NCBI GenBank assembly: GCA_041946735.1
Contig: JBHGAY010000005.1
Span: 64,001-128,000 of the forward strand
DNA length: 64,000 bases
Direction of reading: 5' to 3'
From: Candidatus Eiseniibacteriota bacterium
Lineage (GTDB): Bacteria > Eisenbacteria > RBG-16-71-46 > CAIMUX01 > VGJL01
Part shown: positions 1 through 11,103 of the stretch, in pieces
Numbering within the stretch: position 1 is the first letter of the stretch
Layout of the letters: each line of letters starts with the position of its first letter
Notes under the pieces: model-generated
The model's input: only the letters and a program-made list of their open reading frames with translations
Database searches by the model: none
Told to the model about the DNA's origin: nothing
Translations under genes and position numbers: made by a program

Positions 1-1503
1 CGACCCTCCCCGGCGGTCGAGCAGGCAGACGTCGATGGCGTAGGTGTCGAGGAAGGCCTCGACGGCCTGCCGGTCGCCGGCGTCCGCGGCGAGGCGCGCG
101 GCGTCGAGGTCGCGCGCGACGCTCGCGGGGTAGGCCGCCTGGGCCCGCCCGTCGATGTAGATGCGATAGCGCGGTCCGTCCCGCTCCAGCGGAGCGCGGA
201 AGAGCAGGTAGCCGCCCCACGTCCAGTCGGTCAGAACGCGGCCGCTCACTCCCGTCGCCACGAGGAAGGCCGTCGCTTCCTCCGGCTGCTCGTCCACGCG
301 GAGGAGGCGGGACGGCCAGGCGACCGAGCGCGGCCAGAGCGCGTTCCCGAGGACGAGGCGCTGGGCGAAGTCGATGCCTGTGCCGGCGAGCGCAAGGGCC
401 GGCAGCGCGAGGACGGCGGCGGCCGGGATCCGCGGCGCGCGCCAACGGCGGCCGAGGAAGCCAAGGGTGGCCGGCAGCGCGGTCACCGCGAAGAGCGGCG
501 CGAAGCGCCGGCTGGCGAGCGCGAGGAGTAGAGCCAGCAGCGCGACGCAGACGAGAGGGAGGAGGGAGGGTCGGCGCTCCGCGGATCGCGGCGACTCGCC
601 GCGCCTGGCGGGAAGGAGCGCGCCGAGCGCGACCGCCGCGAGAAGACCGGCGAGAAGGATCCAGAATCCGAGAACTCCGGGTTCGTGCAGCGCTTGGGGA
701 GCGAGCGGCGAACGCCATTCGATCACGTCACGCCAGTAGTGCGCCTCGGGTCCCACCGTGACGGCATACGGATGAGTCAGGTTCCGGATTCCGTACGGGC
801 TGGCGATCGCCGCCACCATCCCGGCGAACGGAAGAGCGAGCGGAAGGAGGCCGGCGCGCGCCGGTCGCTTCTCGATGGCGTGGGCGAGGAGCGTCCCGCC
901 CGCAGCGGCGGCCAGCGCCGCGATTCCGAAGAGGAAACCGCCGTGGAGGTTCGCCCAAAGGAGCAGGAGTGCGGGGGCGAAGAGAAGCTCCCGAGCCGTC
1001 CGCTGCTCCAGGCCGGCGATCCAGCGGCCGAGGATCGCCGCGAGGAGGATCGAGTGAGGATTCGCGCGGACATCGAGGGTGCTGCGGAGGACGGCTGCCG
1101 CGCCCAGCACTCCCGCCGCGGCGAGCAGATTCCCCGACCCCAGGCGGCGCGCCGTCGAGGCGAGGAGCGCGAGGACGGCGGTCGCCACGGCGATCTTCCA
1201 CAGGCCGAGGGCGGTCGTTCCGCCCGCCCCGTAAAGCAAGGCGAGCAGCGCGTGGCTGCCCCAGTTCTGATTCACCCAGGCGCCGGCGGGTGAAGTGAAG
1301 GAGAACGGGTCGATCGAGCCCACGCCGTGGGAGAGGATCCAGCGGCCGCAGCCGAGGGAGACCCAGAGATCCCCCGAGCTGATCGGATGCGAAGCGGCGG
1401 CCACGCCGGCGAGAAGCACCAAGATGGCGAGCGAAGCGGTCTGGACGCGCGCAGAGGCGAGCGCCTCGACCGTCCCGCCTCGGCCGCCGGCCACCGTTCC
1501 CAT
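1..1503 (-). CDS. Polytopic membrane protein, GT-C-like; 3' end outside the window
   Basis: Not in the ORF track. Manual translation from ATG 1503 gives DLW..LG.GRWI, DPFSFT, WVNQNW, LWANLHGGF, SPYG, IEWRSP, WGGYL and IYIDGR, with many hydrophobic segments; no stop was seen before position 1. Confidence 0.75.
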   Translation of the reverse strand, partial: MGTVAGGRGGTVEALASARVQTASLAILVLLAGVAAASHPISSGDLWVSLGCGRWILSHGVGSIDPFSFTSPAGAWVNQNWGSHALLALLYGAGGTTALGLWKIAVATAVLALLASTARRLGSGNLLAAAGVLGAAAVLRSTLDVRANPHSILLAAILGRWIAGLEQRTARELLFAPALLLLWANLHGGFLFGIAALAAAAGGTLLAHAIEKRPARAGLLPLALPFAGMVAAIASPYGIRNLTHPYAVTVGPEAHYWRDVIEWRSPLAPQALHEPGVLGFWILLAGLLAAVALGALLPARRGESPRSAERRPSLLPLVCVALLALLLALASRRFAPLFAVTALPATLGFLGRRWRAPRIPAAAVLALPALALAGTGIDFAQRLVLGNALWPRSVAWPSRLLRVDEQPEEATAFLVATGVSGRVLTDWTWGGYLLFRAPLERDGPRYRIYIDGRAQAAYPASVARDLDAARLAADAGDRQAVEAFLDTYAIDVCLLDRRGGS

Positions 1504-1724
1504 GGGCAGGAGGGGACCCGATCCGCGGGGGGACGTCAAGCGATAGCCAGGGAGGAGCGGCGGGACCGTGGGCCGAACGGCGGCTACGGGCTGAGGCGGC
1601 GCCGCGGCAGGGGCGGGTGCGAGCCGGAGCATGTGCCGGCTCTTGGGAACGAGCCGGAAGTGAGGACCCCCGAATCCGGCCGGTTCGCCTTGACGAGTCG
1701 CGGCCGGGTCCCGACCCTGGAGCG

Positions 1725-2711
1725 ATGGGAATCGAAACGGTCGGCAGCCCCGCCCTCTGGACGGGCTTTCTCGCCCTGGTGCTCCTGCTCCTCGCCGTCG
1801 ATCTCGGCATCTTCCATCGCAAAGCGCACGCGGTCTCGGTCAAGGAGGCCGCGATCTGGAGCGCCGTCTGGGTCGGCCTCGCCGTTCTCGCGAACCTGGC
1901 GATCGCGCTCCGGTTCGGACCCGACAAGGGGCTCGAGTTCGCCACCGGCTACCTGATCGAGAAGGCTCTCGCCGTCGACAACATCTTCGTCTTCGTCGTG
2001 ATCTTCTCCTCCTTCGGAATCCCCGCGCTCTATCAGCACCGAATCCTCTTCTGGGGGATCCTCGGGGCGCTCGTGCTTCGCGCCGCGTTCATTCTGGCCG
2101 GTGGCTACTTCCTCCACCGCTTCCACTGGATGATCTATCTCTTCGGCGGGCTGCTGCTCGCGACCGGCATCCGCCTCTTCCTCCAGAGGAAGGAGGAGCC
2201 GCATCCGGAGAATCACGTCGCCGTCCGCGCCTTTCGGCGGCTGATGCCGGTGACCTCCGGGACAGAAGGAGGACGGTTTACCGTCGTGCGCGACGGGAAG
2301 CGATGGGCGACCCCGCTCCTTCTCGCGCTCGTGGCGGTCGAGGTGAGCGACCTCATTTTCGCGATCGATTCGATTCCGGCGATCTTCGCCGTGACCAAAG
2401 ATCCGTTCCTCGTCTTCACCTCCAATATCTTCGCGATCCTGGGGCTCCGCTCGCTCTACTTCCTGCTCGCCGGGATCATCGACCGCTTCCACTACCTGAA
2501 GCCGGCGCTGTCCTTCGTCCTCGTTTTCGTCGGCGCGAAGATGCTGCTGACCGGGATCGTGAAGATCCCGATCGGCCTCTCCCTCGCGGTGATCGGCGCC
2601 ACCATCGGCGGCGCGATCGCCCTCTCGCTGGCGCGCGGCCCGCGTGCGTCAGGGGAGCAGGCGAGCGGCCGAGGAGCCCGCTCTCCCGGATCGCCGCACA
2701 TCGAAGGATGA
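1725..2711 (+). CDS. terC: TerC/Alx family membrane protein
   Basis: GYLIEKALAVDNIFVF, QHRILFWGILGALVLR, DLIFAIDSIPAIFAVT, FTSNIFAILGLRSLYF; ATG 1725 chosen as start. Confidence 0.93.
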   Translation: MGIETVGSPALWTGFLALVLLLLAVDLGIFHRKAHAVSVKEAAIWSAVWVGLAVLANLAIALRFGPDKGLEFATGYLIEKALAVDNIFVFVVIFSSFGIPALYQHRILFWGILGALVLRAAFILAGGYFLHRFHWMIYLFGGLLLATGIRLFLQRKEEPHPENHVAVRAFRRLMPVTSGTEGGRFTVVRDGKRWATPLLLALVAVEVSDLIFAIDSIPAIFAVTKDPFLVFTSNIFAILGLRSLYFLLAGIIDRFHYLKPALSFVLVFVGAKMLLTGIVKIPIGLSLAVIGATIGGAIALSLARGPRASGEQASGRGARSPGSPHIEG

Positions 2712-2733
2712 AGCGAGCTTCGGGCCGCCCGGC

Positions 2734-2762
2734 TTGACCCGCGCCCGCCCTCCGCCTACTCT
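2734..2762 (+). promoter_or_regulatory. Putative sigma70 promoter upstream of nifJ
   Basis: TTGACC (2734-2739), 17-nt spacer, TACTCT (2757-2762). Confidence 0.6.
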
Positions 2763-3072
2763 CCTGTTGGGTCGTGCCTACGCGGCGACGGCTCCCGGAC
2801 GAGGCGTCCGGAACGCGGCGCGGGAGGTCCCTGAGTCCGCAAGGGACGGCGCACCCCGGTCGCCGCGAGGAATGGGTTGGGTGGGAAGACGGGCGGTGGC
2901 GCTGGCACGGTCGCTTTCCGTGCTCGAATCGGTGAGTTCTCCACGGGGGCACGAACGCTCAGAACGTCCCCTGCGACAGAATCCCTCTATCCCCTTCCCC
3001 TCTCGTCGGCATTCCGATCCTGATCGGAGATCCCAGGTGGCCCTCGGGCTCGCCTGAAGGAGGCATCGAGAC

Positions 3073-6690
<3,618 letters not shown>

Positions 6691-6702
6691 GGGAGGACGA
6701 CG

Positions 6703-7692
6703 ATGGACCTTTCGACGAAGTACCTGGGGTTCGACCTCCCGCACCCGCTGATGCCGGGAGCCTCACCACTGGTCGATGACCTGGACACCGTGCGCCGGCT
6801 CGAGGACGCGGGGGCGGCGGCGATCGTCCTGCACTCGCTCTTCGAGGAGCAGCTCACGAGCGAACAGATGACGATGGCCCGGCTTCTCGCCTTCGAGCAC
6901 GTGACGGCGGAGGCGTCGACGTACCTGCCCGAGGCGCCGCACTGGAACCTCGGCCCGGACGAGTACCTCGATCAGGTTCGCAAGATCAAGGCGGCGGTCA
7001 AGGTCCCGGTGATCGGCTCGCTGAACGGCTCGACGCTGGGCGGCTGGCTGGACTATGCGAAGAAGATCGAGCAGGCGGGGGCGGACGCGCTCGAGCTGAA
7101 CGTCTACGCGCTGGCGACGGAGGCCGCGACGTCCGGCGAGATGGTGGAGAGCAAGACGATCGAGATGGTTCGCACGGTCCGCGCGAGCGTCCGGATCCCG
7201 ATCGCCGTCAAGCTCTCCCCGTTCTACTCCGCCCTGCCGCACTTCATCCACCGTCTGGAGGAGGCGGGAGCGAACGGCTTCGTCCTGTTCAATCGTTTCT
7301 ACCAGCCGGACATCGACGTCGAGGAGCTGGAAGTCGACCGGACGCTGCACCTCTCCGACCCCTCGGAGCTGCCCCTGCGGCTCCGGTGGCTGGCCGTCCT
7401 CTCCGGGCACGTGAAGGGATCGCTCGCGGCGAGCGGGGGCGTGCACTCCGCGATCGACGCGCTGAAGGCGGTGATGAGCGGGGCGCACGCCGTGCAGCTC
7501 GTCTCCGTTCTGCTCGCGCGCGGGCCGGGGCACCTGCAGACGGTGCGCGAGCAGCTCGCGCAATGGCTCGAGCAGCACGAGTACCAGTCGCTGCGCCAGG
7601 CGCAAGGGAGCATGAGCCTGATGCGGTGCCCGGATCCTGCTGGGTACGAGCGGGCGAACTACACGCAGATTCTCCAGAGCTGGAGGGCGTAG
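6703..7692 (+). CDS. Dihydroorotate dehydrogenase-like flavoprotein (nifJ-associated family)
   Basis: MDLSTKYLG, SLFEEQL, ALELNVY, VKLSPFYS, LFNRFYQPDID; RBS GGAGG; 12 nt downstream of nifJ. Confidence 0.9.
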   Translation: MDLSTKYLGFDLPHPLMPGASPLVDDLDTVRRLEDAGAAAIVLHSLFEEQLTSEQMTMARLLAFEHVTAEASTYLPEAPHWNLGPDEYLDQVRKIKAAVKVPVIGSLNGSTLGGWLDYAKKIEQAGADALELNVYALATEAATSGEMVESKTIEMVRTVRASVRIPIAVKLSPFYSALPHFIHRLEEAGANGFVLFNRFYQPDIDVEELEVDRTLHLSDPSELPLRLRWLAVLSGHVKGSLAASGGVHSAIDALKAVMSGAHAVQLVSVLLARGPGHLQTVREQLAQWLEQHEYQSLRQAQGSMSLMRCPDPAGYERANYTQILQSWRA

Positions 7693-7756
7693 CCGGACAG
7701 CCGAACGAAGCGTCCTCCGCGCATGCAGGGCCGGAAGGCGCTGCGGCCGGGATGGG

Positions 7757-7796
7757 AAGCCGACAGGGACCGGGCGACCGGTCCCTTCGGTTTTTT
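7757..7796 (+). terminator. Intrinsic terminator of the nifJ operon
   Basis: Stem GGGACCGG, GCGA loop, CCGGTCCC, extended by AGCCGA/TCGGTT, then a T6 tract. Confidence 0.8.
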
Positions 7797-7875
7797 GGGG
7801 GCCTCGAAGGAGCGCGCCCGGCGTCGGCAAGATCGGAAGCGTTGCGCCGGGCGCACTCGCGCGGCCATAGTGCGG

Positions 7876-7919
7876 GGACGGCCGGACAGCCGGACGGCCG
7901 GATGGCAGGATGGCAGGAC
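7876..7919. repeat. Imperfect 8-nt tandem repeat, about 5.5 units
   Basis: GGACGGCC GGACAGCC GGACGGCC GGATGGCA GGATGGCA GGAC, upstream of rmuC. Confidence 0.8.
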
Positions 7920-7957
7920 CGCCGGGCGGCCGCCGCACGTCAGGGAGGATCGGTCGG

Positions 7958-9370
7958 ATGGTGGCGATCATGGGGCTGCTCGGTCTGGCGGTGGGTCTCC
8001 TGCTTGGAGTCCTGCTCGCGCATCTCCTGAACGGGAGGCGGATCGAGCAGGCGGTCGCCTCGGCCCGGAGCGCCGCGCAGGCCGATCTGGCGGCCGCGGC
8101 GGCGCGCCTCGAGGAGCGGACGCGAGAGCGGGACGAGGCGCGCTCCGTCCAGCCGGAGAACGCGGAGCTGCGGGCGCAGGTCGCCACGCTGCAGGCGCAG
8201 CTCGAGGCCCAGGCGGTCGCGCTCTCCGAGAACCGGCGGCTGCTCGGCGAGGCTCAGGTCGCCCTGTCGGACGCCTTCAAGGCGCTCGCCTCCGACGCGT
8301 TGCAGAGCAACAGCGAGTCGTTCCTGCAGCTCGCCCGCGCCACGCTCGAGCGGTTCGCCGGTGAGGCGAAGAACGACCTCGAGCAGCGGCAGAAGGGGAT
8401 CGAGACGCTCCTCGCCCCCGTGCGCGAGGCGCTCGCGAAAGTCGACTCCCAGATCACGGAGGTGGAGAAGAGTCGCAAGGAGGCTTACGGCTCGCTCTCC
8501 GCGCAGCTTCAGTCGTTCCTCCAGGTGCAGCAGAAGCTCGAGACGCAGACCGGCAAGCTCGTCACGGCGCTGCGCGCGCCGACCGTGCGGGGACGGTGGG
8601 GGGAGATGCAGCTCCGGCGGGTCGTGGAGATGGCCGGGATGCTCCCGTACTGCGACTTCGACGAGCAGGTGTCGGTGACGACCGGCGAGGGGAAGAACCT
8701 GCGCCCCGATCTCGTCGTCCGACTTCCCGGGGGACGGAGCATCGTGGTCGACGCGAAGACCCCGCTCCTCGCCTACCTGGAAGCGACCGAGGCGGAGGGC
8801 GAGGAGCAGCGCGACGCCCGCCTGAAGGAGCACGCGCGGCAGCTCCGCGCGCACATGGCGCGCCTGTCCGAGAAGGGGTACGTCGCCGGCTTCCAGCCCG
8901 CGCCCGAGCTGATCGTGATGTTCCTTCCCGCGGAGAGCGTCTTCCTCGAGGCTCTGCAGCACGACCCGAAGCTGATCGAGCAAGGAGTGAGTCAGCGCAT
9001 CCTGCCGGTCTCGCCGGTGACGCTGATCGCACTCTTGCTCGCCGTCTCGCGGGGATGGCAGGAGCAGCGGATCGCCGAGAGCGCGGAGACGATCCGGGAC
9101 CTCGGGCGCGAGCTGCACGACCGGCTGCGCAAGCTCGCGGATCATCTGACCGCGGTCGGGACGAACCTGGACCGGGCGGTCCGCGCGTACAACGAGGCGG
9201 TCGGGTCCTACGAGAGCCGCGTCCTCGTGTCGGCGCGGCGGTTCAAGGAGCTGGGGGTGCCGGCGCTGCAGGAGATCCCCCAGGTCGATCCGGTGGAGCG
9301 GACGGCCCGGCCGTGCCAGGAGCCCCTCGCGCTACCGTCGATCGAGGACGCGGTGCAGTCCCGCGACTGA
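7958..9370 (+). CDS. rmuC: DNA recombination protein RmuC
   Basis: N-terminal TM segment, coiled coil, RGRWGEMQLRRVVEMAG, LRPDLVVRLPGGRSIVVDAKTPL; RBS GGAGG before ATG 7958. Confidence 0.95.
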   Translation: MVAIMGLLGLAVGLLLGVLLAHLLNGRRIEQAVASARSAAQADLAAAAARLEERTRERDEARSVQPENAELRAQVATLQAQLEAQAVALSENRRLLGEAQVALSDAFKALASDALQSNSESFLQLARATLERFAGEAKNDLEQRQKGIETLLAPVREALAKVDSQITEVEKSRKEAYGSLSAQLQSFLQVQQKLETQTGKLVTALRAPTVRGRWGEMQLRRVVEMAGMLPYCDFDEQVSVTTGEGKNLRPDLVVRLPGGRSIVVDAKTPLLAYLEATEAEGEEQRDARLKEHARQLRAHMARLSEKGYVAGFQPAPELIVMFLPAESVFLEALQHDPKLIEQGVSQRILPVSPVTLIALLLAVSRGWQEQRIAESAETIRDLGRELHDRLRKLADHLTAVGTNLDRAVRAYNEAVGSYESRVLVSARRFKELGVPALQEIPQVDPVERTARPCQEPLALPSIEDAVQSRD

Positions 9371-9408
9371 AGATCGGCGAGAGGCGGCAGGGAAGCGGGC
9401 GAGGCGAG

Positions 9409-10065
9409 ATGCGGCATCCCTGGATCGTCCTGATCTACTCGATCGCGATGGGCGTGCTCGAGGCTGCGGTCGTCGTCTACCTGCGACGCATCTACTATCC
9501 CGCCGGCTTCGGGCTGCCGCTCGTGGCGATGGACCCCTTCGTCCTGCGCGTCGAGATCGCGCGCGAGGCGGCGACGATCGTGATGATCGCCTGCGTGGCG
9601 CTGCTCGCGGCGCCGCAGCCGTGGTCGAGGCTGATGGCGTTCCTCGTGGTCTTCGGGGCGTGGGATCTGGCGTACTACGCCGGGCTCAAGCTCTGGCTCG
9701 GGTGGCCGGCGCGGCTCTTCGAGCCGGACATCCTGTTCCTTATCCCGAAGGTCTGGGTCGGGCCGGTGATCGCGCCGGCGCTCGTCGCCGCCACGTGGGT
9801 GGCGGGCGGCCTTCTGCTGCACCGGCGGCGGTTCCGCGATCTGCGCATGGGATGGAAGAGCTGGGCCGCTGCCATCGCGGCGGCGGCGCTGATCCTCGCG
9901 TCCTTCCTCGGCCCGCTTGGGCCGGCCGGGGAGATGCGATTCTCCTGGGGGATCTACCTCGCCGGATATGCGCTGGGTCTCGTCACTCTCGCGCGTCTGA
10001 TCGTCCTGGGAAGGAAGGCGGAACGAAGGAAGGCGGAACCGTTGCGAGCGAAGGAGTCGGCGTAG
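9409..10065 (+). CDS. Hypothetical membrane protein
   Basis: AMGVLEAAVVVYLR, EIAREAATIVM, WDLAYY, DILFLIP..WVGPVIAP; several TM segments; true start lies inside the longer track ORF. Confidence 0.8.
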   Translation: MRHPWIVLIYSIAMGVLEAAVVVYLRRIYYPAGFGLPLVAMDPFVLRVEIAREAATIVMIACVALLAAPQPWSRLMAFLVVFGAWDLAYYAGLKLWLGWPARLFEPDILFLIPKVWVGPVIAPALVAATWVAGGLLLHRRRFRDLRMGWKSWAAAIAAAALILASFLGPLGPAGEMRFSWGIYLAGYALGLVTLARLIVLGRKAERRKAEPLRAKESA

Positions 10066-10177
10066 CACGAAGACGAAACGAGCGGGCGGCCGGGATCGCT
10101 CCCGCCCGCCCGCCGTGTAAGCCCCATCGGTCCGATTTCGAGGAACGGCGTCGTCGTTCGTCGTCGTCGGGCGTGAG

Positions 10178-10483
10178 CTAGAGGCCCAGCGCCTTCTTCT
10201 TCTCCTCCGCCGTGGGAAGAGGGTCCATCTTCGTGTTCACGACCGGCAAGCCCGGGGAACGGTCCGCATTGATCTCGATCCACTTCTTCTGATCCTCGGG
10301 CACGTCCTCGAGCGCGAAGATCGCCTCGACCGGACAAGCCGGGACGCAGGCGCCGCAGTCGATGCACTCATCCGGATGGATGTAGAGCATCTCGTCGTCG
10401 CCGTGGAAGCAATCGACAGGGCAGACCGTCACGCAGTCCGTGAAGCGACAGAGGTGACAGTTGTCCGTTACGACGTACGCCAT
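10178..10483 (-). CDS. fdxA: 7Fe-type ferredoxin (FdxA-like), copy 1
   Basis: CxxCxxxxCxxxCPxxC and CxxCxxCxxxCP; RBS AAGGAG. Confidence 0.92.
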   Translation of the reverse strand: MAYVVTDNCHLCRFTDCVTVCPVDCFHGDDEMLYIHPDECIDCGACVPACPVEAIFALEDVPEDQKKWIEINADRSPGLPVVNTKMDPLPTAEEKKKALGL

Positions 10484-10567
10484 TTCTTGTTTCACTCCTT
10501 CGGCCGAATCGGGCGGCGCGATGCGGCGGAGCGAGCGCTTCCGGTTCGCCGGCGGATGCCGGCGGAC

Positions 10568-10873
10568 CTAGAAGCCCAGCTTCGCCTTCTTCGCCTCCGC
10601 CGTCGGGAGCGGATCCTGCTTCGAGTTCACGACCGGCAGGCCGGGTGCCCGCTCGGCATTGATCTCGATCCACTTCTTCTGGTCATCCGGACAGTCCTCG
10701 ATTGCGTAGATCGCTTCCACGGGGCAGGCCGGCGCGCAGGCGGCGCAGTCCATGCACTCGTTCGGATCGATGTAGAGCATCTCATCATCGCCGTGGAAGC
10801 TGTCGGTCGGGCAGCCAACCACGCAATCGGTGAACCGGCACATGTGGCAGTTTTCGGTGACTACGTGAGCCAT
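10568..10873 (-). CDS. fdxA: 7Fe-type ferredoxin (FdxA-like), copy 2
   Basis: Paralogue of the same length, MAHVVTENCHMCRFTDCVVGCP...CMDCAACAPACP; RBS AAGGAG. Confidence 0.92.
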   Translation of the reverse strand: MAHVVTENCHMCRFTDCVVGCPTDSFHGDDEMLYIDPNECMDCAACAPACPVEAIYAIEDCPDDQKKWIEINAERAPGLPVVNSKQDPLPTAEAKKAKLGF

Positions 10874-11103
10874 GACCCCACTCCTTCCCACGCGAACGAC
10901 CCCGGGATCGCACGCGTCCGACCCATCACGTAGCGACGAACCGGTTCGGTGCCGGAACGCCGCCCCGCCTGGCGGCGGGACTACTCGCAACGAGACTAGC
11001 GAAACCGTTCTCGATCGGGAAGGGTGCAAAACCATTCATGATTTGCAGTATCCTCGCGCGCGTTGCGCCGGGCGGCGAGGACCGCAGGAGGGGAGGGCGC
11101 CGG

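Noticed and set aside
728..1945. Track ORF on the minus strand
   Set aside because: Wrong frame; the membrane protein is in the frame starting at ATG 1503
2795..2852. Guanidine-III riboswitch or 6S RNA resemblance
   Set aside because: Only short word matches; the pairing pattern, length and gene context do not fit
2903..2918. TGGCACG as a sigma54 promoter for nifJ
   Set aside because: No GC at the -12 position (TT follows GG-N10)
7725..7745. CAGGGCCGGAAGG resembling SRP RNA helix 8
   Set aside because: Lacks the AGCA of the symmetric loop and the long flanking helix
10082..10112. GC hairpin between convergent genes as a terminator
   Set aside because: No U-tract on either strand
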